The notes under the pieces are model-generated. The model was not told the DNA's origin and made no database searches. It worked only from the letters and a program-made list of their open reading frames with translations. The translations under genes and the position numbers were made by a program. Below, one piece after another: positions 8,992-18,896 of a DNA stretch of 64,000 bases (position 1 is the stretch's first letter; every line of letters starts with the position of its first letter). This stretch comes from a virus (lineage: Duplodnaviria; Caudoviricetes): the IMG/VR virus record IMGVR_UViG_3300025390_000003, positions 1 to 64,000 of that record, one strand, 5' to 3'.

Positions 8992-10446
8992 ATGGAAAAT
9001 CTTCTACACATCGATAAAGTGAGAGCAGAACAACTTGTTGAAAAGTGGAGTCCAGTATTGGATTACACTTCAGACAAAGTTTCCGCTATTACCGACGATC
9101 ATACAAGACTCAACACCGCTATCTTGCTTGAAAACCAAGAGAAATGGTGCTTCGAAGCGGGTAATACTAGTGGTGCAGGTGGTGTTTTCGGTTCTGGTGG
9201 CAGCAATGCAACTCAGTTCTCTAATGACACTTATGCTACTGGCGATGCTCGTTTACCTAAAGTTCTGATTCCAATGATTCGTCGTACTTTCCCCGAACTC
9301 ATCACAAATGAGATCGTGGGTGTGCAGCCAATGACAGGTCCAGTCGGACTTGCCTTTGCTTTGCGCTACAAGTACGAAGCATCTCCTCTTGGTTATTCTG
9401 GTGGGTCTACCGATGGTAGCTTATCAAATAGCGTTGTAGGTGGAGCACAGAACATTAGTCAGGGAGCAGAATTAGGTTACAATTACTTGAACACCGCTTT
9501 CACTGGTACATCCAGTCAGGCGTTGACAGGTGATTCTACTTATTTCGTTAACCCTGTCGAAGACACTGGTGTTGCACAGTTATTGAGCCAATTTGAATTA
9601 ACTTCAAACATCCCTCAAATGACTGTATCTTTCGAGAAAACTGCTGTTGAAGCAGGAACTCGTAGGTTAGCTGCTCGTTGGTCTGTCGAACTCGAACAAG
9701 ACTTGAAGAACATGAATGGTATTGATATCGACAGCGAGTTGACAAACGCGATGTCCTATGAAATCCAAGCGGAAATCGACAGAGAAATGATCATGAGAAT
9801 GATTCAGGTCTGTTTGAACGCTGGAGCTAACATTGGATATAGCATTTGGAATGCTGCAAGTGCTGACGGTCGTTGGTCTGGAGAACGTGCTCGTGACTTC
9901 TACAACAGAATTGTTGTTGAAGCTAACAGAGTCGCAATCCGCAACCGCCGTGGTGCTGCAAATTTCATAATTGCAACTCCTCGTATCTGCGCTATTCTTG
10001 AAACACTACAGAATTTTTCTTGGCAGTCCGTAAATGGTAATGTTAACACAACACCAGTCGGTATTGCTAAGGTAGGTTCTATTGGTGGTAGATTCCAAAT
10101 TTATCGTGATACAAGAACAGAAGCTCAAATCAATCAGGGAACAGCACCTTATGGTGCTCCTGGTAAGAATGCTAGTTACCACCCACAAGGTCGTGCTGCA
10201 ATCGATTACGCTCTATTAGGTTATAAAGGACCTGAGTATTATGATACTGGAATCGTTTATTGTCCGTATATTCCTGTGATGGTTCAGCGCACAGTTGGAC
10301 CGAATGACTTCTCTCCAAGAGTTGGTTTAATGACACGTTATGGTGTTGTTGATCATATCTTTGGTGCAAATCTATATTATCATTTGGTAATATGCCAAGG
10401 TTTGGGAACTGCATTCACACCGGGACAAACGGCAGTATACCTCTAA
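8992..10446 (+). CDS. gp23: Major capsid protein (gp23)
   Basis: 'TAILLENQ', 'VGVQPMTGPVGLAFALRY', 'ELEQDLKNMNGID', 'EIDREMI', 'YCPYIP', 'GLMTRYG'. Confidence 0.98.
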   Translation: MENLLHIDKVRAEQLVEKWSPVLDYTSDKVSAITDDHTRLNTAILLENQEKWCFEAGNTSGAGGVFGSGGSNATQFSNDTYATGDARLPKVLIPMIRRTFPELITNEIVGVQPMTGPVGLAFALRYKYEASPLGYSGGSTDGSLSNSVVGGAQNISQGAELGYNYLNTAFTGTSSQALTGDSTYFVNPVEDTGVAQLLSQFELTSNIPQMTVSFEKTAVEAGTRRLAARWSVELEQDLKNMNGIDIDSELTNAMSYEIQAEIDREMIMRMIQVCLNAGANIGYSIWNAASADGRWSGERARDFYNRIVVEANRVAIRNRRGAANFIIATPRICAILETLQNFSWQSVNGNVNTTPVGIAKVGSIGGRFQIYRDTRTEAQINQGTAPYGAPGKNASYHPQGRAAIDYALLGYKGPEYYDTGIVYCPYIPVMVQRTVGPNDFSPRVGLMTRYGVVDHIFGANLYYHLVICQGLGTAFTPGQTAVYL

Positions 10447-10488
10447 GGTCTGCTCGAAAACGCGAACTAAGTTCACACAAAAATATTG

Positions 10489-12102
10489 CTATGGTAAAGG
10501 ACACTGTAAAAGGTGTCCTTTACTTTTTGTACACATAACGAACTTATAATTACCACAATCCCAAATTCTAGTATATCCATTCGCTATCATATTTTTATTT
10601 TCTGATAATTCGGGATTGTATATTTCTAATTTCTTTTCTTGTATAGACTTTCTGAATCCGAATCTGTATAATCTTTCCAAATATGTTTTAGTATAGTAAT
10701 AATTAGGTGTTGTTACGTGTGCTAAAGTGAATCCTAATTGTTTATATAGGTTTCCTTGTGACCATCTTCTATCAGCATATGAAGTTATTGATATTGGATT
10801 ATAATGAGTTTTAAAATGTGATAACAATTTTCCCGCACCACCCACAATAGAAAAATTATTAACGGAACAATATCTTATTAGTTCATATACATCTTTAGTA
10901 TTATTAGAACCCAAGACTATCCGTAAATTAGAAAAAGTCATAATAGCAACCATACGATCCTTATAAAATAGTCCTAAGTTTATTGGAGTATTTACATTTC
11001 CTTGGATATGATATTTATTCAAAAATTTGCTTTTAGTTTTATTATCTATTTCTTTTACTATACATTTTCTTGCATATATTCTTCTATTAACTTTTCCTAA
11101 TATATGTTTAATTCTACTGAATACTATTTGTTCTTTTGATATTAATTCATCTTCGAATATTTGTAATAGTTGAATTCCTTGAGATTCCGCATTTTTAGTC
11201 TTTTTAATATGGTAATTTTTATCAGGTATACATTTCTCACTATGCCAATACAATCCATTAATTTCTATACCAATTGATTTGTCTGGTATATAAAAATCTA
11301 TCTCCTGTCCTGTTGTTAATATTTTTCGTGTTCTATATTCATAAGAAACGCCTAAACTTTCTAAGAAACGTTTCATTTTTATTTCGCTTTTAGTTCCTTT
11401 GGGTGAGCAATACGGACAATATAGTGGGTAATTATTGTTTAACCATCTTTGAAAATGTTTACTACAGTGCTTACATTCCCAATTGTAAAGAATGTCATAT
11501 GATCCCGCTCCTTTATATTCTTCTCTAGTAAAAAGTGGAATTAGATCAGGATATTTCTCGTTCAAAGAATTATAATGTTTATCCAATGATGTTTTAGACA
11601 ATGCTGCACCATTACTATTCCGTTTTATGTCTCCTGATTTTATTCTGTTTTTATATTCTTCGGTTTTTGTATAATTATCAACACCATATTTTTGTATGTT
11701 GGTATTTCTGATCTTATCTTTTCCATATTCACTAGATAAAACATTACCAGTTCCATATTTTATTATGTTTGTTTTTCTTTTAACATCTTGTATTGTATCC
11801 ATGTCTTTAAATCTGCATGAATTTGAACAATATATAGGATATCCATTATTAGCATTAAAAACAACTGGCGAATTGCATATTCTACATAGTGGTATTGATG
11901 TAATGTCATTTATAAAGCAGTATACTCTTCGTGAAAATGGTGTAGTATTAGAATCCAAGAACAAAGTAGCCTGTAATATTTCTTTATATGATAATTCTCC
12001 AAAATTATCAATAAACAATTTCGGTTTCATGAATCTCGTAGAACCTTTATATTTCGTTTCTAAGAAATTCTGTATATTATGTTTTAAATCTTGGAATATC
12101 AT
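10489..12102 (-). CDS. Hef-like free-standing endonuclease: zinc fingers, KYG repeats, Vsr/DUF559-type nuclease, GNAT/Mom-like C-terminal domain
   Basis: CxxC pairs, 'KYGVDN', 'EIDFYIP..SIGIEINGLYWH', 'ELIRYC', 'SYADRRWSQG.LY..LGF', 'RIWDCG'. Confidence 0.75.
   Translation of the reverse strand: MIFQDLKHNIQNFLETKYKGSTRFMKPKLFIDNFGELSYKEILQATLFLDSNTTPFSRRVYCFINDITSIPLCRICNSPVVFNANNGYPIYCSNSCRFKDMDTIQDVKRKTNIIKYGTGNVLSSEYGKDKIRNTNIQKYGVDNYTKTEEYKNRIKSGDIKRNSNGAALSKTSLDKHYNSLNEKYPDLIPLFTREEYKGAGSYDILYNWECKHCSKHFQRWLNNNYPLYCPYCSPKGTKSEIKMKRFLESLGVSYEYRTRKILTTGQEIDFYIPDKSIGIEINGLYWHSEKCIPDKNYHIKKTKNAESQGIQLLQIFEDELISKEQIVFSRIKHILGKVNRRIYARKCIVKEIDNKTKSKFLNKYHIQGNVNTPINLGLFYKDRMVAIMTFSNLRIVLGSNNTKDVYELIRYCSVNNFSIVGGAGKLLSHFKTHYNPISITSYADRRWSQGNLYKQLGFTLAHVTTPNYYYTKTYLERLYRFGFRKSIQEKKLEIYNPELSENKNMIANGYTRIWDCGNYKFVMCTKSKGHLLQCPLP
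10494..10528 (+). terminator. Rho-independent terminator after the major capsid gene
   Basis: gtaaaggacac / gtgtcctttac 11-bp stem followed by TTTTT. Confidence 0.85.
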
Positions 12103-13694
12103 TGGTTATAAGTTTTTATGAATTTATAATGTCCACAGTCCCATATTCTAGTATATCCATTTAGAATCATATTTTCATTTTCAGTCAAGTCATGATTATA
12201 TGTAACTAGTTTATCTTTTAATAAATGTTTTTGGAATCCGAATCTATGTTTTCTGGTATCATTAATGACATACCAGTAATTGGGAACGGTTATACCTTTC
12301 AATTCAAAATTAAGAGATTTATAAAGATTCCCAATTGACCATCTTCTATCCGCGTAAGAAATAAGTTTGGATGGTGTATATGTCTTTTCAAAATACGAAA
12401 GCAATTTTCCTGCTCCTCCGATAACAGTAAAATTAAAAATTGTACAATATCTAGCAAGTTCACATTCTCCAATTTTTTGGTTTTTATATCCTAATGCTTG
12501 TCGAGTTGCGGAGAATGTCATTACAGAAACTAAATGGCTCTTATAATACAATCCCAATGAAACTTTACTTTTGTCGTTTCCTTGTATGTGATATTTCCTC
12601 AAGAATTTACTTTTAGTTTCCGTATCTATTTCTTTGACTTCGCATTTTCTCGCATATATTTTTCTTGATGTTTGTTTAAAGATATGTTTTAGTCTTGATT
12701 TACATATTTTATTTTTTTCTTTCCATTCATCTTCAAAAATATGAATTAATTGTATACCTAAATCTTCGCAAAGTTTTGTTTTTTGTGAATGATACCATTT
12801 AGTTTTTCCCATTTTATCTGAATGATAATATAATCCATCCAATTCTATTGCTACTGACAATTCAGGAATGTATACATCTAATTCCATAGGTGATATTACA
12901 TCTCTTGTTTGTTCGATTATTTTAAAACCAAAAGTCTTACAATAGTCTATCAATTCTTTTTCTATAATTGATTGTCCACCACTTTCTATTTTTGGGTGGC
13001 ATGTAAAGCACCTTGGTATTTTTCCATCATCAAGATTACTTTTTGTTATATTTCCGCATGATATACATTCAAAATCATATATAGCATTAACACCTTTATA
13101 ATCATCCTTCGTGAATAACAACTTAAAATTCTCCAATCTTGTATTGTTTGTTAATTTATTGAAAAAATTCTGTAAAAATTTTTCTGTTCTTTCTTTTACT
13201 AGATGTTTTTGATTTTCTTTATGCCATTTTTGTATTTTTTCTTGAACTTCTGGAATTTTAGAAGGATTATCCACTCCATATTTCTCGATCCATATGGGTT
13301 CCATAAAGGTTCTATCAAATGGCGAAGTAACTCCTATAGATTTTAAAGTGGTTTCTTTCTTTTTATCTTTAACTTCTTGTATTTTAGAAACATTATCCAC
13401 TCCATACTTTTTTTGTATAGCGTCCTTTTTTATTTGTTTTACTACATCTGATCTATTCGAATGCCCCTGTAGAAATTTAGTTTTCCAAGGTGTTTTTATG
13501 GGATTTTCGCAACCACAAAGGCATAATATAGGGGAGATTTGATGATTTTGGACATACCACCAGCGAGTTTTAAAATTTGTATTGTCTGGTAAGAATTTAG
13601 TATCCTCCAATACCTTTTTATATATCCCATACCATTTAGATTTGGGATTTCTTGAATTAACTACTTGGATAAATGTTGGATACTCTGGTTCCAT
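12099..13694 (-). CDS. Second Hef-like endonuclease paralogue (start probably ATG 13694)
   Basis: Same architecture: 'KYGVDN' twice, 'ELDVYIPELSVAIELDGLYYH', 'ELARYC', 'SYADRRWS', 'RIWDCG'. Overlaps the first paralogue by ATGA. Confidence 0.75.
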   Translation of the reverse strand: MEPEYPTFIQVVNSRNPKSKWYGIYKKVLEDTKFLPDNTNFKTRWWYVQNHQISPILCLCGCENPIKTPWKTKFLQGHSNRSDVVKQIKKDAIQKKYGVDNVSKIQEVKDKKKETTLKSIGVTSPFDRTFMEPIWIEKYGVDNPSKIPEVQEKIQKWHKENQKHLVKERTEKFLQNFFNKLTNNTRLENFKLLFTKDDYKGVNAIYDFECISCGNITKSNLDDGKIPRCFTCHPKIESGGQSIIEKELIDYCKTFGFKIIEQTRDVISPMELDVYIPELSVAIELDGLYYHSDKMGKTKWYHSQKTKLCEDLGIQLIHIFEDEWKEKNKICKSRLKHIFKQTSRKIYARKCEVKEIDTETKSKFLRKYHIQGNDKSKVSLGLYYKSHLVSVMTFSATRQALGYKNQKIGECELARYCTIFNFTVIGGAGKLLSYFEKTYTPSKLISYADRRWSIGNLYKSLNFELKGITVPNYWYVINDTRKHRFGFQKHLLKDKLVTYNHDLTENENMILNGYTRIWDCGHYKFIKTYNQ

Positions 13695-13701
13695 GTTTGT
13701 A

Positions 13702-13729
13702 ATTATCACACAGAATCATAATATGTCAA
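13702..13729 (-). promoter_or_regulatory. Sigma70-type promoter TTGACA-16-GATAAT
   Basis: The -10 box ends 7 nt upstream of ATG 13694. Confidence 0.6.
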
Positions 13730-13732
13730 TCC

Positions 13733-14032
13733 CTATCTTAATTTTTGCAAAGTTGAATTGAAGAAATGGGTAACTTCTTCTTTGCAATTATATTTTTTAA
13801 CAAACGATTGAAAAATATTATCGTATAAAGTTGCTGTTTTAAACTTCACAAAATTATCTTTTATATACAATCTATTAGAAGAATCAAGAAACGCATCTTC
13901 TAATTTTTTTAACAAATCTTCTTTAGATTTTGCTAATTCGAATTGCAAATCTATTGGAATTTCGAATTGCAAATCATACCAAGGAGTTTCGCAAAGATAT
14001 TGTTTTAATTTTTCATTGAAGTTTTTACTCAT
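13733..14032 (-). CDS. Hypothetical protein, possible head-internal protein
   Basis: 99 aa, TAAATA upstream, N-terminus MSKNFNEKLKQYLCE. Confidence 0.6.
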   Translation of the reverse strand: MSKNFNEKLKQYLCETPWYDLQFEIPIDLQFELAKSKEDLLKKLEDAFLDSSNRLYIKDNFVKFKTATLYDNIFQSFVKKYNCKEEVTHFFNSTLQKLR

Positions 14033-14075
14033 ATCTTAACATATTTAAGCAAAAATGAATAAATAATTATACATT

Positions 14076-14606
14076 ATGATAAATCAAACTTATACGAACC
14101 AATCAGTTTTAAATACTTCTGCTACAATCGCATCAATTAGTGCAAACGTAGGAACAGGATTTTATTTCACATCCGCAACTTCTCCTAATATTGTTGCTGT
14201 TGAATATAACACCAATGTTCCATATTTAAGTGCTAATGCTATTACTCCTGCATTAACCGCTTATAATGCTGCGTATACCACATGGACAACAACTTCTGGT
14301 GCTTCTGCGTTGTCTGCTGCTGCTTTGACTGCTTATAATGCTGCACAAGTCACACTTACCTCTACTATAAACAATTCATTTTCTGCATATACATATACTA
14401 ACACCGCAGGATTAACTTTATCTTCTGGTGCAGGAACAATTCTCGTAGACAGATCATATGTTGGAGATATTATAAACTTCAGAAAAACTAACAGACATGG
14501 GTTCTTAGCATATTTAGGTGCTACAGGAACATTAACATTGACTGCTAATGGGTTACAGGCTTGGGGACCTGAAAATACTCGTCTTCGTCTATTAGGATAT
14601 TTCTAA
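14076..14606 (+). CDS. Probable virion (capsid decoration-like) protein
   Basis: Ala/Thr-rich, TAAATA at 14060, own terminator. It is the first plus-strand gene after the capsid gene. Confidence 0.5.
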   Translation: MINQTYTNQSVLNTSATIASISANVGTGFYFTSATSPNIVAVEYNTNVPYLSANAITPALTAYNAAYTTWTTTSGASALSAAALTAYNAAQVTLTSTINNSFSAYTYTNTAGLTLSSGAGTILVDRSYVGDIINFRKTNRHGFLAYLGATGTLTLTANGLQAWGPENTRLRLLGYF

Positions 14607-14624
14607 TATATACTAACAAATATG

Positions 14625-14665
14625 AAGAAAGCCTCTTGATTAATTTCATGAGGCTTTCTTTTTTT
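14625..14665 (+). terminator. Rho-independent terminator
   Basis: aagaaagcctc / gaggctttctt stem followed by a T run. Confidence 0.85.
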
Positions 14666-14689
14666 AGTTTTTACTGCTAAATAATGTAT

Positions 14690-15295
14690 ATGTCTACATG
14701 TAATTATACAACCCTAATAAATGATACTGATTGTATTGGTGATTCGAGAATTGTAATTAATACCAATTTCACTAATTTAGATAATGCGCTCTGTAATGTT
14801 TATAATCCATTTGTGGGTATGGTAGTTGCATTTCCTTCAACTATAGCACCCACAGGATTTTTAAAATTAAATGGAGCAACTATTAATAGAACCACATATA
14901 GTAATTTATGGAATTTTGCACTATCTAGTGGAAATCTTGCTACAACAGAAACAGAAAAATCTTTATCCGCTTGGGGGAAATTTGGGCCGGGGGATGGGGC
15001 AAATACATATACACTTCCTGATTTGAGAGGGGAATTTATTCGTGGTTATGATGATGGTCGCGGCATAGATTTAAGTAGACTAATTGGAACATGGCAAGTC
15101 GATATGTTTAAAAGCCATATTCATAGATTGTTCTCATATTCATTAAACAATTCTCCTGATGGTGCAGTTCCTGTAGAACCTTTATTAACAGAAAATTACA
15201 TATACAATACTTGGGGAGGGTTGCAAATAGAAGCTACTGGAGGAGTGGAAACTAGACCTAGAAACATTTCATTATTATATTGTATAAAATATTAA
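14690..15295 (+). CDS. Short tail fibre with phage tail collar domain and shared N-terminal anchor motif
   Basis: 'APTGFLKLNGATINRTTYSNL', 'LPDLRGEFIRGYDDGRGID', 'ETRPRNISLLYCIKY'. Confidence 0.85.
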   Translation: MSTCNYTTLINDTDCIGDSRIVINTNFTNLDNALCNVYNPFVGMVVAFPSTIAPTGFLKLNGATINRTTYSNLWNFALSSGNLATTETEKSLSAWGKFGPGDGANTYTLPDLRGEFIRGYDDGRGIDLSRLIGTWQVDMFKSHIHRLFSYSLNNSPDGAVPVEPLLTENYIYNTWGGLQIEATGGVETRPRNISLLYCIKY

Positions 15296-15687
15296 TGAAA
15301 ATTTATAATTACCATAAAGCCTCTGGAGAATATATCAATCAAGATATTGCTGATGAATCCCCATTAGAACAAGGAGTATATCATATTCCTGCTTTTGCAA
15401 CCACTATAACTCCTCCTGAATATAATTTAAAAACACAAAAAATATTTTTTATTAATGGGGAATGGAAAATTGAAAATATGTGCAGTTCATCTATAACATG
15501 GGAACAAATTCGTATAAAACGCAACAATATATTAAAAGAAACTGATTGGACACAACTTATTGATTCACCAGTAGATAAACAACAATGGTCTGCATATAGA
15601 AAGGAATTGCGAGATATAACAAAAAAATTCACTAATCCTTCTAATGTCATTTGGCCCGAGATTCCAAATTCAACAATAAGTATTTAA
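15295..15687 (+). CDS. Tail fibre assembly chaperone (Tfa-like); start probably 15295
   Basis: 'MKIYNY...GEY...IPAFAT...PP', 'RIKRNNILKETDWTQL.D...W.AYRKELRDI...VIWPE.P'; TAATG overlap with the collar gene. Confidence 0.85.
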   Translation: MKIYNYHKASGEYINQDIADESPLEQGVYHIPAFATTITPPEYNLKTQKIFFINGEWKIENMCSSSITWEQIRIKRNNILKETDWTQLIDSPVDKQQWSAYRKELRDITKKFTNPSNVIWPEIPNSTISI

Positions 15688-15688
15688 A

Positions 15689-16966
15689 ATGGGATATGGT
15701 AATTATAGTTTAAACAATGCAGCAAGCGATCCTAATACTCTAGGTGATCTTATAGACATTCGTTGTGGGAAAGATGCGCCAGCAATGCGTAACATCATTT
15801 TTGGGTCTTCTACATTTACTTTATCAGGACAATCAACTCAAGCCAAATCTTTGATGTCTAGTGGTAGTATCGATAGTTCAAATGCGATAACACCAGAAAA
15901 CCATTTATTATTAACACAAAAGTATGCAGCATTAACACAAATAGCAACACAAAATCATGTGATACAACCACAAACGGAAGATAGTGTTAATGATACAAAA
16001 ATAACAAGAACCCCTGTTGTTGCGCCCACTACAATAGAAACAAATCTACACGATGTAACAAAACCAGTTTCCCCCTTTATAGGATCAACTTTAGGAACAT
16101 TAACCGGAGCATCAAGAGGAGCAACAGGATCAGGAATACCTAGTATTGTTCATACATTTTTAGAAAGAACAGATACAAAATCAGCAATCGGATTAGGTGC
16201 AGCATATCAATCAGTGAAGATTGATGAAATGTCTAAATTACCATCTTCGGTTATGGGCAGTATCGGTGCAATTACAAATACAGCCGGAACGCTATTAAAT
16301 GATGTGTATGCTGGAACACAAGCTGCAATACAAATAACAAATAGACTAAAAACCAATCTAATAGTATTAGTAGAAAAAACTGCATTTGCTGCACTAGATA
16401 CATTTATTCCATCGAGTGTTATGATATCTTTCGGGAATTTTAATATATCATTATCAGTATCATTAGATGGATTATTAGAAAAAAACCTCAATAAACTCAC
16501 TAGTTCAGAAAAATTTAATAACGCATTTGATTCCGCAACAAAACAAATCACTGATGTATTAAAAACACCACAAAAACTAATACAACAATTTATAGTTCCA
16601 CATTTAAACGCTGGACAATCCAGACTACATAACCCAACTGCGGCATTCGATAAATTATTACCACCAGATATTCATGCGTCCATTAATATCGCCGCAAATT
16701 CTTCTAATGTTGGATTAGGTGGAGATGGTGGAGGTTCTTTGTTTACGAAATTAGAAACATCATTAAAAGGAACGGTAGTAGATGGAATAATGAAAAATTA
16801 TTCATTACATATAAATTTAATGCCACATATGTTTAAAAGTGGTAAACCAATTCAACCATCTACATTTAGTATTGGATATAGACAATCTAGTTATCCTACT
16901 AGCACAACATTTAATGGAGAAGTATATCGACAACCGGATTATATACCAACACCAATATTATATTAA
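15689..16966 (+). CDS. Hypothetical baseplate-associated protein
   Basis: 425-aa ORF directly upstream of gp5; no motif recognised. Confidence 0.5.
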   Translation: MGYGNYSLNNAASDPNTLGDLIDIRCGKDAPAMRNIIFGSSTFTLSGQSTQAKSLMSSGSIDSSNAITPENHLLLTQKYAALTQIATQNHVIQPQTEDSVNDTKITRTPVVAPTTIETNLHDVTKPVSPFIGSTLGTLTGASRGATGSGIPSIVHTFLERTDTKSAIGLGAAYQSVKIDEMSKLPSSVMGSIGAITNTAGTLLNDVYAGTQAAIQITNRLKTNLIVLVEKTAFAALDTFIPSSVMISFGNFNISLSVSLDGLLEKNLNKLTSSEKFNNAFDSATKQITDVLKTPQKLIQQFIVPHLNAGQSRLHNPTAAFDKLLPPDIHASINIAANSSNVGLGGDGGGSLFTKLETSLKGTVVDGIMKNYSLHINLMPHMFKSGKPIQPSTFSIGYRQSSYPTSTTFNGEVYRQPDYIPTPILY

Positions 16967-16969
16967 CAT

Positions 16970-18895
16970 ATGAAAGAATATTACGGAAATTATTTAGGTA
17001 TAGTAGTATCAACTCAAGACCCTGAAAGTAGAGGAAGAGTTAAAGTATACATACCACACATCATGCCAGTGTTAAACCAAAATCTTTTAAAATTATTTGG
17101 TGATCAAGCAGAAGATATTATTTCATTTAATGCTGTTGGTGGAAACCTATCAAATGGGATGCCAGAAAATGCTAGATTGTATTTAGAAAAAATATTACCA
17201 TTTGCAGAACCCGCTTCACCAATTATAGGTGGTTCTTCTCCTGGTGTATTAGACTCTATTGGAAATTTCTTACAAAATGCCATTGGTGGGGGGAGTTATG
17301 ATAAAAATGCCATTGGTGCTGGAAATACTGGTGTAGTCGCGCAACCAAGCCAAAATAATACATCACCAAATAATCCAAGTAACGGTAAATTGGATAAAGC
17401 AAATCCATCGCAATTAGTTCCTATTGGTGGTGGACATTATTTAAATCCTTATGTTGCAGAAAAATGGAAGGCATTAAAAGCTGAAGCGGATGCAGCAGGA
17501 GTAAAAATTTCTGTTACTGACTCATATAGAACTTATGCAGAACAAGTTGATGTCGCACAAAGAAAAGGTATATATGGAAAGGGTGGATTGGCAGCAACTC
17601 CAGGAAGGTCTAATCATGGACTTGGTAAAGCATTAGATTTGGAATTTAGTGGAATGACTGGATATCAATGGATGTTAACAAATGCTCCTAAATACGAATT
17701 CTCGCAAATACATCCCAATATACCTTATGGCAATTCAGAATTTTGGCATTGGCAAATCCCTTCTGCACCCATGACTTCTTCAGCAGTAAATACACCTGAA
17801 GCACCACCAGTAAATAATAATGTCGCTGCATCGCCACCCCCACCAGAAGCAAATTTGGATAGTTCCGCAGCTACAGACAATTCAAAAATGTCTGATGGTT
17901 CCGCAACCCCTGTAACAACTACTCCATCATCCACACCACCCGCTCCAGTGACCTCTACTAGCCCTTTTGGTAGAATCACCTTATATGGGTATGAAAAGAA
18001 AGGACAAGCTGATTACGACACAAATTCTGCAAACGGAATAGGTATACAAAATATAAAATTAGTTCCCAATACAAGTTTCGCAGTTTCACCAGATATAGAA
18101 TCATTATTTAGAGCAAACGGAATTGCACCAAAAGATACCGTTCAATTATCTTTGGGAAATGGAAATATAATATCAGGAACTTGGGATGATCGAACAGCAA
18201 AGAATTTATCTGGAAGATTTGATATTTATAGTCCATCAAAAGACTATCCACACATAGATCAACCAGTAATGGGATTTGGGAAAGGGGATGGTGCTATGGT
18301 AACATCCTCTGCACAAGTAATGACAACTACTGATGTTGCTCCTGCTCCTTATGACACAACAAACGTACCAAAAGGGGTATTTTGTATTCCTGCAATTGGT
18401 GCTTTATTATGGTGTTTCTTTAGAGAAGGAAACCCACTATTTCCAGTTTATTTTGCCGCATCATATAGAAGTTCAGAATGGAGTGGTGCATACAAATCAG
18501 CTAGTCCTGGAATTGGGTTTGATCCTTCTTTAATGGGGAATGATACCATAAACAAAACTAGTTTATTACCAAACAAAGGTGGTGGTATAATTTCAACTGA
18601 AGGAAAGGATTTACATGAAGTGTCATTAGTTTCATTTGCTGGAAGTCATTTAAAATTTAGCGAAAACCATACTATGTTATATGCTGCTGATGATTTTCAT
18701 GCACAAACTGATGGTAATATATTCAATATTGGATTATTAAACAGAGAAACACACACTAAAGGAATTGATAATACTGTAATAAATGGAGATTGTTATATAA
18801 AAGTTGGAAATGTGACGGATTCTAGTGTCCATGATGCAATAAATACAATTGAAACATTAATAGGAGAAATAAACAACGAAATGTTGAAACCATAA
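16970..18895 (+). CDS. gp5: Baseplate hub/spike gp5 N-terminal part with inserted M15 peptidase and 3D/DPBB-like domain
   Basis: OB-fold 'YLGIVV..QDPESRGRVKVYIP' resumes at 'GVFCIPAIGALLWCFFREGNPLFPVY'. M15 motifs: 'SYRTYAEQ', 'SNHGLGKALD', 'EFWHW'. Confidence 0.85.
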   Translation: MKEYYGNYLGIVVSTQDPESRGRVKVYIPHIMPVLNQNLLKLFGDQAEDIISFNAVGGNLSNGMPENARLYLEKILPFAEPASPIIGGSSPGVLDSIGNFLQNAIGGGSYDKNAIGAGNTGVVAQPSQNNTSPNNPSNGKLDKANPSQLVPIGGGHYLNPYVAEKWKALKAEADAAGVKISVTDSYRTYAEQVDVAQRKGIYGKGGLAATPGRSNHGLGKALDLEFSGMTGYQWMLTNAPKYEFSQIHPNIPYGNSEFWHWQIPSAPMTSSAVNTPEAPPVNNNVAASPPPPEANLDSSAATDNSKMSDGSATPVTTTPSSTPPAPVTSTSPFGRITLYGYEKKGQADYDTNSANGIGIQNIKLVPNTSFAVSPDIESLFRANGIAPKDTVQLSLGNGNIISGTWDDRTAKNLSGRFDIYSPSKDYPHIDQPVMGFGKGDGAMVTSSAQVMTTTDVAPAPYDTTNVPKGVFCIPAIGALLWCFFREGNPLFPVYFAASYRSSEWSGAYKSASPGIGFDPSLMGNDTINKTSLLPNKGGGIISTEGKDLHEVSLVSFAGSHLKFSENHTMLYAADDFHAQTDGNIFNIGLLNRETHTKGIDNTVINGDCYIKVGNVTDSSVHDAINTIETLIGEINNEMLKP

Positions 18896-18896
18896 C

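Noticed and set aside
10447-10493. tRNA/ncRNA or capsid read-through extension after gp23
   Set aside because: No cloverleaf is present, and read-through would add only seven residues before another TAA.
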